A DNA stretch of 64,000 nt, from assembly GCA_964057225.1 (NCBI GenBank), contig OZ059899.1, forward strand, positions 17,298,001-17,362,000, read 5' to 3'. A program made the translations under genes and the position numbers. The DNA comes from Auanema rhodensis. Taxonomy: Eukaryota > Animalia > Nematoda. Numbering within the stretch: position 1 is the stretch's first letter; the number at the start of each line of letters is the position of its first letter. Shown one piece after another: positions 37,501-50,800 of the stretch. The notes beneath the pieces were generated by a model that was given only the letters and a program-made list of their open reading frames with translations, made no database searches and was not told the DNA's origin.

Positions 37501-40500
37501 CTACTTTTTGTAAAATTATTTTGAAATTTTTAGGGAAAATTTTTGTCAAAATGTTTTTGGAAGCAATGTTGAGTGTACATGGAAACTCAACATACACTAA
37601 TGCATCATTTTTCAAACGATCATAACTAATTTTTGTATTGAGCGTTTCTCAATGTAGTATAGTGCATTCGATGCGGATTTTTAAGCTGCGTCGATCTATG
37701 TTATAAGATTTGCGCTATCTTTAAAATGCACCGATATATCAACTGATATAAGTTCACACTTATATCCTCGATTTTCACCCTGAAGAATTAATTTTTTTGT
37801 TGAATAACATTGTCCATCGTTTTCGCCTTGAAAAAAGAAATCTAAAAACATCTACTTTTTGTAAAATTATTTTGAAATTTTTAGGGAAATTTTTGTCAAA
37901 ATGTTTTTGGAAGCAATGTTGAGTGTACATGGAAACTCAACATACACTAATGCATCATTTTTCAAACGATCATAACTAATTTTTGTATTGAGCGTTTCTC
38001 AATGTAGTATAGTGCATTCGATGCGGATTTTTAAGCTGCGTCGATCTATGTTATAAGATTTGCGCTATCTTTAAAATGCACCGATATATCAACTGATATA
38101 AGTTCACACTTATATCCTCGATTTTCACCCTGAAGAATTAATTTTTTTGTTGAATAACATTGTCCATCGTCTTTGCCTTGAAAAACGAAATCTAAAAACA
38201 TCTACTTTTTGTAAAATTATTTTGAAATTTTTAGGGAAAATTTTTGTCAAAATGTTTTTGGAAGCAATGTTGAGTGTACATGGAAACTCAACATACACTA
38301 ATGCATCATTTTTCAAACGATCATAACTAATTTTTGTATTGAGCGTTTCTCAATGTAGTATAGTGCATTCGATGCGGATTTTTAAGCTGCGTCGATCTAT
38401 GTTATAAGATTTGCGCTATCTTTAAAATGCACCGATATATCAACTGATATAAGTTCACACTTATATCCTCGATTTTCACCCTGAAGAATTAATTTTTTTG
38501 TTGAATAACATTGTCCATCGTTTTCGCCTTGAAAAAAGAAATCTAAAAACATCTACTTTTTGTAAAATTATTTTGAAATTTTTAGGGAAAATTTTTGTCA
38601 AAATGTTTTTGGAAGCAATGTTGAGTGTACATGGAAACTCAACATACACTAATGCATCATTTTTCAAACGATCATAACTAATTTTTGTATTGAGCGTTTC
38701 TCAATGTAGTATAGTGCATTCGATGCGGATTTTTAAGCTGCGTCGATCTATGTTATAAGATTTGCGCTATCTTTAAAATGCACCGATATATCAACTGATA
38801 TAAGTTCACACTTATATCCTCGATTTTCACCCTGAAGAATTAATTTTTTTGTTGAATAACATTGTCCATCGTTTTCGCCTTGAAAAAAGGAATCTAAAAA
38901 CATCTACTTTTTGTAAAATTATTTTGAAATTTTTAGGGAAAATTTTTGTCAAAATGTTTTTGGAAGCAATGTTGAGTGTACATGGAAACTCAACATACAC
39001 TAATGCATCATTTTTCAAACGATCATAACTAATTTTTGTATTGAGCGTTTCTCAATGTAGTATAGTGCATTCGATGCGGATTTTTAAGCTGCGTCGATCT
39101 ATGTTATAAGATTTGCGCTATCTTTAAAATGCACCGATATATCAACTGATATAAGTTCACACTTATATCCTCGATTTTCACCCTGAAGAATTAATTTTTT
39201 TGTTGAATAACATTGTCCATCGTTTTCGCCTTGAAAAAAGGAATCTAAAAACATCTACTTTTTGTAAAATTATTTTGAAATTTTTAGGGAAAATTTTTGT
39301 CAAAATGTTTTTGGAAGCAATGTTGAGTGTACATGGAAACTCAACATACACTAATGCATCATTTTTCAAACGATCATAACTAATTTTTGTATTGAGCGTT
39401 TCTCAATGTAGTATAGTGCATTCGATGCGGATTTTTAAGCTGCGTCGATCTATGTTATAAGATTTGCGCTATCTTTAAAATGCACCGATATATCAACTGA
39501 TATAAGTTCACACTTATATCCTCGATTTTCACCCTGAAGAATTAATTTTTTTGTTGAATAACATTGTCCATCGTCTTTGCCTTGAAAAACGAAATCTAAA
39601 AACATCTACTTTTTGTAAAATTATTTTGAAATTTTTAGGGAAAATTTTTGTCAAAATGTTTTTGGAAGCAATGTTGAGTGTACATGGAAACTCAACATAC
39701 ACTAATGCATCATTTTTCAAACGATCATAACTAATTTTTGTATTGAGCGTTTCTCAATGTAGTATAGTGCATTCGATGCGGATTTTTAAGCTGCGTCGAT
39801 CTATGTTATAAGATTTGCGCTATCTTTAAAATGCACCGATATATCAACTGATATAAGTTCACACTTATATCCTCGATTTTCACCCTGAAGAATTAATTTT
39901 TTTGTTGAATAACATTGTCCATCGTTTTCGCCTTGAAAAAAGAAATCTAAAAACATCTACTTTTTGTAAAATTATTTTGAAATTTTTAGGGAAAATTTTT
40001 GTCAAAATGTTTTTGGAAGCAATGTTGAGTGTACATGGAAACTCAACATACACTAATGCATCATTTTTCAAACGATCATAACTAATTTTTGTATTGAGCG
40101 TTTTTCAATGTAGTATAGTGCATTCGATGCGGATTTTTAAGCTGCGTCGATCTATGTTATCAGATTTGCGCTAGCTTAAAAATGCACCGAGATATCAACT
40201 GATATAAGTTCACACTTATATCCTCGATTTTCACCCTGAAGAATTAATTTTTTTGTTGAATAACATTGTCCATCGTTTTCGCCTTGAAAAAAGGAATCTA
40301 AAAACATCTACTTTTTGTAAAATTATTTTGAAATTTTTAGGGAAAATTTTTGTCAAAATGTTTTTGGAAGCAATGTTGAGTGTACATGGAAACTCAACAT
40401 ACACTAATGCATCATTTTTCAAACGATCATAACTAATTTTTGTATTGAGCGTTTCTCAATGTAGTATAGTGCATTCGATGCGGATTTTTAAGCTGCGTCG

Positions 40501-43500
40501 ATCTATGTTATCAGATTTGCGCTATCTTTAAAATGCACCGATATATCAACTGATATAAGTTCACACTTATATCCTCGATTTTCACCCTGAAGAATTAATT
40601 TTTTTGTTGAATAACATTGTCCATCGTCTTCACCTTGAAAAAAGGAATCTAAAAACATCTACTTTTTGTGAAATTATTTTGAAATTTTTAGGGAAAATTT
40701 TTGTCAAAAAGTTTTTGGAAGCAATGTTGAGTGTACATGGAAACTCAACATACACTAATGCATCATTTTTCAAACGATCATAACTAATTTTTGTATTGAG
40801 CGTTTCTCAATGTAGTATAGTGCATTCGATGCGGATTTTTAAGCTGCGTCGATCTATGTTATAAGATTTGCGCTATCTTTAAAATGCACCGATATATCAA
40901 CTGATATAAGTTCACACTTATATCCTCGATTTTCACCCTGAAGAATTAATTTTTTTGTTGAATAACATTGTCCATCGTTTTCGCCTTGAAAAAAGGAATC
41001 TAAAAACATCTACTTTTTGTAAAATTATTTTGAAATTTTTAGGGAAAATTTTTGTCAAAATGTTTTTGGAAGCAATGTTGAGTGTACATGGAAACTCAAC
41101 ATACACTAATGCATCATTTTTCAAACGATCATAACTAATTTTTGTATTGAGCGTTTCTCAATGTAGTATAGTGCATTCGATGCGGATTTTTAAGCTGCGT
41201 CGATCTATGTTATAAGATTTGCGCTATCTTTAAAATGCACCGATATATCAACTGATATAAGTTCACACTTATATCCTCGATTTTCACCCTGAAGAATTAA
41301 TTTTTTTGTTGAATAACATTGTCCATCGTCTTTGCCTTGAAAAACGAAATCTAAAAACATCTACTTTTTGTAAAATTATTTTGAAATTTTTAGGGAAAAT
41401 TTTTGTCAAAATGTTTTTGGAAGCAATGTTGAGTGTACATGGAAACTCAACATACACTAATGCATCATTTTTCAAACGATCATAACTAATTTTTGTATTG
41501 AGCGTTTCTCAATGTAGTATAGTGCATTCGATGCGGATTTTTAAGCTGCGTCGATCTATGTTATAAGATTTGCGCTATCTTTAAAATGCACCGATATATC
41601 AACTGATATAAGTTCACACTTATATCCTCGATTTTCACCCTGAAGAATTAATTTTTTTGTTGAATAACATTGTCCATCGTTTTCGCCTTGAAAAAAGAAA
41701 TCTAAAAACATCTACTTTTTGTAAAATTATTTTGAAATTTTTAGGGAAAATTTTTGTCAAAATGTTTTTGGAAGCAATGTTGAGTGTACATGGAAACTCA
41801 ACATACACTAATGCATCATTTTTCAAACGATCATAACTAATTTTTGTATTGAGCGTTTCTCAATGTAGTATAGTGCATTCGATGCGGATTTTTAAGCTGC
41901 GTCGATCTATGTTATAAGATTTGCGCTATCTTTAAAATGCACCGATATATCAACTGATATAAGTTCACACTTATATCCTCGATTTTCACCCTGAAGAATT
42001 AATTTTTTTGTTGAATAACATTGTCCATCGTTTTCGCCTTGAAAAAAGAAATCTAAAAACATCTACTTTTTGTAAAATTATTTTGAAATTTTTAGGGAAA
42101 ATTTTTGTCAAAATGTTTTTGGAAGCAATGTTGAGTGTACATGGAAACTCAACATACACTAATGCATCATTTTTCAAACGATCATAACTAATTTTTGTAT
42201 TGAGCGTTTCTCAATGTAGTATAGTGCATTCGATGCGGATTTTTAAGCTGCGTCGATCTATGTTATAAGATTTGCGCTATCTTTAAAATGCACCGATATA
42301 TCAACTGATATAAGTTCACACTTATATCCTCGATTTTCACCCTGAAGAATTAATTTTTTTGTTGAATAACATTGTCCATCGTTTTTGCCTTGAAAAAAGG
42401 AATCTAAAAACATCTACTTTTTGTAAAATTATTTTGAAATTTTTAGGGAAAATTTTTGTCAAAATGTTTTTGGAAGCAATGTTGAGTGTACATGGAAACT
42501 CAACATACACTAATGCATCATTTTTCAAACGATCATAACTAATTTTTGTATTGAGCGTTTCTCAATGTAGTATAGTGCATTCGATGCGGATTTTTAAGCT
42601 GCGTCGATCTATGTTATCAGATTTGCGCTGTCTTAAAAATGCACCGATATATCAACTGATATAAGTTCACACTTATATCCTCGATTTTCACCCTGAAGAA
42701 TTAATTTTTTTGTTGAATAACATTGTCCATCGTCTTCACCTTGAAAAAAGGAATCTAAAAACATCTACTTTTTGTGAAATTATTTTGAAATTTTTAGGGA
42801 AAATTTTTGTCAAAATGTTTTTGGAAGCAATGTTGAGTGTACATGGAAACTCAACATACACTAATGCATCATTTTTCAAACGATCATAACTAATTTTTGT
42901 ATTGAGCGTTTCTCAATGTAGTATAGTGCAATCGATGCGGATTTTTAAGCTGCGTCGATCTATGTTATCAGATTTGCGCTATCTTAAAAATGCACCGATA
43001 TATCAACTGATATAAGTTCACACTTATATCCTCGATTTTCACCCTGAAGAATTAATTTTTTTGTTGAATAACATTGTCCATCGTCTTCACCTTGAAAAAA
43101 GGAATCTAAAAACATCTACTTTTTGTGAAATTATTTTGAAATTTTTAGGGAAAATTTTTGTCAAAAAGTTTTTGGAAGCAATGTTGAGTGTACATGGAAA
43201 CTCAACATACACTAATGCATCATTTTTCAAACGATCATAACTAATTTTTGTATTGAGCGTTTCTCAATGTAGTATAGTGCATTCGATGCGGATTTTTAAG
43301 CTGCGTCGATCTATGTTATAAGATTTGCGCTATCTTTAAAATGCACCGATATATCAACTGATATAAGTTCACACTTATATCCTCGATTTTCACCCTGAAG
43401 AATTAATTTTTTTGTTGAATAACATTGTCCATCGTCTTCACCTTGAAAAAAGGAATCTAAAAACATCTACTTTTTGTGAAATTATTTTGAAATTTTTAGG

Positions 43501-46500
43501 GAAAATTTTTGTCAAAAAGTTTTTGGAAGCAATGTTGAGTGTACATGGAAACTCAACATACACTAATGCATCATTTTTCAAACGATCATAACTAATTTTT
43601 GTATTGAGCGTTTCTCAATGTAGTATAGTGCATTCGATGCGGATTATTAAGCTGCGTCGATCTGTGTTATCAGATTTGCGCTATCTTAAAAATGCACCGA
43701 GATATCAACTGATATAAGTTCACACTTATATCCTCGATTTTCACCCTGAAGAATTAATTTTTTTGTTGAATAACATTGTCCATCGTCTTCACCTTGAAAA
43801 AAGGAATCTAAAAACATCTACTTTTTGTAAAATTATTTTGAAATTTTTAGGGAAAATTTTTGTCAAAATGTTTTTGGAAGCAATGTTGAGTGTACATGGA
43901 AACTCAACATACACTAATGCATCATTTTTCAAACGATCATAACTAATTTTTGTATTGAGCGTTTCTCAATGTAGTATAGTGCATTCGATGCGGATTTTTA
44001 AGCTGCGTCGATCTGTGTTATCAGATTTGCGCTAGCTTAAAAATGCACCGAGATATCAACTGAAATAAGTTAACACATATATCCTCGATTTTCACCCTGA
44101 AGAATTAATTTTTTTGTTGAATAACATTGTCCATCGTTTTCGCCTTGAAAAAAGGAATCTAAAAACATCTACTTTTTGTAAAATTATTTTGAAATTTTTA
44201 GGGAAAATTTTTGTCAAAATGTTTTTGGAAGCAATGTTGAGTGTACATGGAAACTCAACATACACTAATGCATCATTTTTCAAACGATCATAACTAATTT
44301 TTGTATTGAGCGTTTCTCAATGTAGTATAGTGCATTCGATGCGGATTTTTAAGCTGCGTCGATCTGTGTTATCAGATTTGCGCTATCTTTAAAATGCACC
44401 GAGATATCAACTGATATAAGTTCACACTTATATCCTCGATTTTCACCCTGAAAAATTGATTTTTTCGTTGAATAACATTGTCCATCGTCTTTGCCTTGAA
44501 AAAAGGAATCTAAAAACATCTACTTTTTGTGAAATTATTTTGAAATTTTTAGGGAAAATTTTTGTCAAAAAGTTTTTGGAAGCAATGTTGAGTGTACATG
44601 GAAACTCAACATACACTAATGCATCATTTTTCAAACGATCATAACTAATTTTTGTATTGAGCGTTTCTCAATGTAGTATAGTGCATTCGATGCGGATTTT
44701 TAAGCTGCGTCGATCTATGTTATAAGATTTGCGCTATCTTTAAAATGCACCGATATATCAACTGATATAAGTTCACACTTATATCCTCGATTTTCACCCT
44801 GAAGAATTAATTTTTTTGTTGAATAACATTGTCCATCGTCTTCACCTTGAAAAAAGGAATCTAAAAACATCTACTTTTTGTGAAATTATTTTGAAATTTT
44901 TAGGGAAAATTTTTGTCAAAAAGTTTTTGGAAGCAATGTTGAGTGTACATGGAAACTCAACATACACTAATGCATCATTTTTCAAACGATCATAACTAAT
45001 TTTTGTATTGAGCGTTTCTCAATGTAGTATAGTGCATTCGATGCGGATTTTTAAGCTGCGTCGATCTATGTTATCAGATTTGCGCTATCTTAAAAATGCA
45101 CCGATATATCAACTGATATAAGTTCACACTTATATCCTCGATTTTCACCCTGAAGAATTAATTTTTTCGTTGAATAACACTGTCCATCGTCTTTGCCTTG
45201 AAAAACGAAATCTAAAAACATCTACTTTTTCTAAAATTATTTTGAAATTTTTAGGGAAAATTTTTGTCAAAATGTTTTTGGAAGCAATGTTGAGTGTACA
45301 TGGAAACTCAACATACACTAATGCATCATTTTTCAAACGATCATAACTAATTTTTGTATTGAGCGTTTCTCAATGTAGTATAGTGCATTCGATGCGGATT
45401 TTTAAGCTGCGTCGATCTATGTTATCAGATTTGCGCTATCTTTAAAATGCTCCGAGATATCAACTGATATAAGTTCACACTTATATCCTCGATTTTCACC
45501 CTGAAAAATTGATTTTTTCGTTGAATAACATTGTCCATCGTCTTTGCCTTGAAAAAAGGAATCTAAAAACATCTACTTTTTGTGAAATTATTTTGAAATT
45601 TTTAGGGAAAATTTTTGTCAAAAAGTTTTTGGAAGCAATGTTGAGTGTACATGGAAACTCAACATACACTAATGCATCATTTTTCAAACGATCATAACTA
45701 ATTTTTGTATTGAGCGTTTCTCAATGTAGTATAGTGCATTCGATGCGGATTTTTAAGCTGCGTCGATCTATGTTATCAGATTTGCGCTATCTTAAAAATG
45801 CACCGATATATCAACTGATATAAGTTCACACTTATATCCTCGATTTTCACCCTGAAGAATTAATTTTTTCGTTGAATAACACTGTCCATCGTCTTTGCCT
45901 TGAAAAACGAAATCTAAAAACATCTACTTTTTGTAAAATTATTTTGAAATTTTTAGGGAAAATTTTTGTCAAAATGTTTTTGGAAGCAATGTTGAGTGTA
46001 CATGGAAACTCAACATACACTAATGCATCATTTTTCAAACGATCATAACTAATTTTTGTATTGAGCGTTTCTCAATGTAGTATAGTGCATTCGATGCGGA
46101 TTTTTAAGCTGCGTCGATCTATGTTATCAGATTTGCGCTATCTTTAAAATGCACCGAGATATCAACTGATATAAGTTCACACTTATATCCTCGATTTTCA
46201 CCCTGAAAAATTGATTTTTTCGTTGAATAACATTGTCCATCGTCTTTGCCTTGAAAAAAGGAATCTAAAAACATCTACTTTTTGTGAAATTATTTTGAAA
46301 TTTTTAGGGAAAATTTTTGTCAAAAAGTTTTTGGAAGCAATGTTGAGTGTACATGGAAACTCAACATACACTAATGCATCATTTTTCAAACGATCATAAC
46401 TAATTTTTGTATTGAGCGTTTCTCAATGTAGTATAGTGCATTCGATGCGGATTTTTAAGCTGCGTCGATCTATGTTATAAGATTTGCGCTATCTTTAAAA

Positions 46501-47800
46501 TGCACCGATATATCAACTGATATAAGTTCACACTTATATCCTCGATTTTCACCCTGAAGAATTAATTTTTTTGTTGAATAACATTGTCCATCGTCTTCAC
46601 CTTGAAAAAAGGAATCTAAAAACATCTACTTTTTGTGAAATTATTTTGAAATTTTTAGGGAAAATTTTTGTCAAAAAGTTTTTGGAAGCAATGTTGAGTG
46701 TACATGGAAACTCAACATACACTAATGCATCATTTTTCAAACGATCATAACTAATTTTTGTATTGAGCGTTTCTCAATGTAGTATAGTTCATTCGATGCG
46801 GATTTTCAAGCTGCGTCGATCTATGTTATAAGATTTGCGCTATCTTTAAAATGCACCGATATATCAACTGATATAAGTTCACACTTATATCCTCGATTTT
46901 CACCCTGAAGAATTAATTTTTTTGTTGAATAACATTGTCCATCGTTTTCGCCTTGAAAAAAGGAATCTAAAAACATCTACTTTTTGTAAAATTATTTTGA
47001 AATTTTTAGGGAAAATTTTTGTCAAAATGTTTTTGGAAGCAATGTTGAGTGTACATGGAAACTCAACATACACTAATGCATCATTTTTCAAACGATCATA
47101 ACTAATTTTTGTATTGAGCGTTTCTCAATGTAGTATAGTGCATTCGATGCGGATTTTTAAGCTGCGTCGATCTATGTTATCAGATTTGCGCTATCTTTAA
47201 AATGCACCGATATATCAACTGATATAAGTTCACACTTATATCCTCGATTTTCACCCTGAAGAATTAATTTTTTTGTTGAATAACATTGTCCATCGTCTTC
47301 ACCTTGAAAAAAGGAATCTAAAAACATCTACTTTTTGTAAAATTATTTTGAAATTTTTAGGGAAAATTTTTGTCAAAATGTTTTTGGAAGCAATGTTGAG
47401 TGTACATGGAAACTCAACATACACTAATGCATCATTTTTCAAACGATCATAACTAATTTTTGTATTGAGCGTTTCTCAATGTAGTATAGTGCATTCGATG
47501 CGGATTTTTAAGCTGCGTCGATCTATGTTATAAGATTTGCGCTATCTTAAAAATGCACCGATATATCAACTGATATAAGTTCACACTTATATCCTCGATT
47601 TTCACCCTGAAGAATTAATTTTTTTGTTGAATAACATTGTCCATCGTCTTCACCTTGAAAAAAGGAATCTAAAAACATCTACTTTTTGTGAAATTATTTT
47701 GAAATTTTTAGGGAAAATTTTTGTCAAAAAGTTTTTGGAAGCAATGTTGAGTGTACATGGAAACTCAACATACACTAATGCATCATTTTTCAAACGATCA
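34546..47800 (-). repeat. Junction-proximal, highly homogeneous sub-domain of the right arm
   Basis: Dominated by the haplotype CTATGTTATAAGATTTGCGCTATCTTTAAAATGCACCGATATATC. The AAAACGAAAT marker monomer sits at ORFs 36020, 37424, 38125, 39529 and 41284 (spacings of 4, 2, 4 and 5 monomers). The distal boundary is approximate. Confidence 0.85.
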
Positions 47801-50800
47801 TAACTAATTTTTGTATTAAGCGTTTCTCAATGTAGTATAGTGCATTCGATGCGGATTTTTAAGCTGCGTCGATCTGTGTTATCAGATTTGCGCTAGCTTA
47901 AAAATGCACCGAGATATCAACTGAAATAAGTTAACACATATATCCTCGATTTTCACCCTGAAGAATTAATTTTTTTGTTGAATAACATTGTCCATCGTCT
48001 TCGCCTTGAAAAAAGGAATCTAAAAACATCTACTTTTTGTGAAATTATTTTGAAATTTTTAGGGAAAATTTTTGTCAAAATGTTTTTGGAAGCAATGTTG
48101 AGTGTACATGGAAACTCAACATACACTAATGCATCATTTTTCAAACGATCATAACTAATTTTCGTATAAAGCGTTTCTCAATGTAGTATAGTGCATTCGA
48201 TGGGGATTTTTAAGCTGCGTCGATCTATGTTATCAGATTTGCGCTATCTTTAAAATGCACCGAGATATCAACTGTTATAAGTTCACACTTATTTCCTCGA
48301 TTTTCACCCTGAAGAATTAATTTTTTTGTTGAATAACATTGTCCATCGTCTTCGCCTTGAAAAAAGAAATCTAAAAACATCTACTTTTTGTGAAATTATT
48401 TTGAAATTTTTAGGGAAAATTTTTGTCAAAATGTTTTTGGAAGCAATGTTGAGTGTACATGGAAACTCAACATACACTAATACATCATTTTTTAAACGAT
48501 CATAACTAATTTTTGTATTGAGGGTTTCTCAATGTAGTATAGTGCATTCGATGCGGATTTTTAAGCTGCGTCGATCTGTGTTATCAGATTTGCGCTATCT
48601 TTAAAATGCACCGAGATATCAACTGATATAAGTTCACACTTATATCCTCGATTTTCACCCTGAAAAATTGATTTTTTCGTTGAATAACATTGTCCATCGT
48701 CTTTGCCTTAAAAAAAGGAATCTAAAAACATCTACTTTTTGTAAAATTATTTTGAAATTTTTAGGGAAAATTTTTGTCAAAATGTTTTTGGAAGCAATGT
48801 TGAGTGTACATGGAAACTCAACATACACTAATACATCATTTTTTAAACGATCATAACTAATTTTTGTATTAAGCGTTTCTCAATGTAGTATAGTGCATTC
48901 GATGCGGATTTTTAAGCTGCGTCGATCTGTGTTATCAGATTTGCGCTAGCTTAAAAATGCACCGAGATATCAACTGATATAAGTTCACACTTATATCCTC
49001 GATTTTCACCCTGAAAAATTGATTTTTTCGTTGAATAACATTGTCCATCGTCTTTGCCTTGAAAAAAGGAATCTAAAAACATCTACTTTTTGTGAAATTA
49101 TTTTGAAATTTTCAGAGAAAATTTTTGTCAAAATGTTTTTGGAAGCAATGTTGAGTGTACATGGAAACTCAACATACACTAATGCATCATTTTTCAAACG
49201 ATCATAACTAATTTTTGTATTAAGCGTTTCTCAATGTAGTATAGTGCATTCGATGCGGATTTTTAAGCTGCGTCGATCTGTGTTATCAGATTTGCGCTAG
49301 CTTAAAAATGCACCGAGATATCAACTGATATAAGTTTACACTTATATCCTCGATTTTCACCCTGGAGAATTAATTTTTTCGTTGAATAACAATGTCCATC
49401 GTCTTCGCCTTAAAAAAAAAATCTGAAAACATCTACTTTTTGTGAAATTATTTTGAAATTTTTAGGGAAAATTTTTGTCAAAATGTTTTTGGAAGCAATG
49501 TTGAGTGTACATGGAAACTCAACATACACTAATGCATCATTTTTCAAACGATCATAACTAATTTTGTATTGAGCGTTTCTCAATGTAGTATAGTGCATTC
49601 GATGGGGATTTTTAAGCTGCGTCGATCTATGTTATCAGATTTGCGCTATCTTTAAAATGCACCGAGATATCAACTGTTATAAGTTCACACTTATATCCTC
49701 GATTTTCACCCTGAAGAATTAATTTTTTTGTTGAATAACATTGTCCATCGTCTTCGCCTTGAAAAAAGAAATCTAAAAACATCTACTTTTTGTGAAATTA
49801 TTTTGAAATTTTTCGGGAAAATTTTTGTCAAAATGTTTTTGGAAGCAATGTTGAGTGTACATGGAAACTCAACATACACTAATGCATCATTTTTCAAACG
49901 ATCATAACTAATTTTTGTATTGAGCGTTTCTCAATGTAGTATAGTGCATTCGATGCGGATTTTTAAGCTGCGTCGATCTATGTTATCAGATTTGCGCTAT
50001 CTTTAAAATGCACCGAGATATCAACTGTTATAAGTTCACACTTATATCCTCGATTTTCACCCTGAAGAATTAATTTTTTTGTTGAATAACATTGTCCATC
50101 GTCTTTGCCTTGAAAAAAGAAATCTAAAAACATCTACTTTTTGTAAAATTATTTTGAAATTTTTAGGGAAAATTTTTGTCAAAATGTTTTTGGAAGCAAT
50201 GTTGAGTGTACATGGAAACTCAACATACACTAATACATCATTTTCTAAACGATCATAACTAATTTTTGTATTGAGCGTTTCTCAATGTAGTATAGTGCAT
50301 TCGATGCGGATTTTTAAGCTGCGTCGATCTGTGTTATCAGATTTGCGCTATCTTAAAAATGCACCGAGATATCAACTGATATAAGTTCACACTTATATCC
50401 TCGATTTTCACCCTGAAAAATTGATTTTTTCGTTGAATAACATTGTCCATCGTCTTTGCCTTGAAAAAAGGAATCTAAAAACATCTACTTTTTGTGAAAT
50501 TATTTTGAAATTTTCAGAGAAAATTTTTGTCAAAATGTTTTTGGAAGCAATGTTGAGTGTACATGGAAACTCAACATACACTAATGCATCATTTTTCAAA
50601 CGATCATAACTAATTTTTGTATTGAGCGTTTCTCAATGTAGTATAGTGCATTCGATGCGGATTTTTAAGCTGCGTCGATCTATGTTATCAGATTTGCGCT
50701 ATCTTTAAAATGCACCGAGATATCAACTGTTATAAGTTCACACTTATATCCTCGATTTTCACCCTGAAGAATTAATTTTTTTGTTGAATAACATTGTCCA

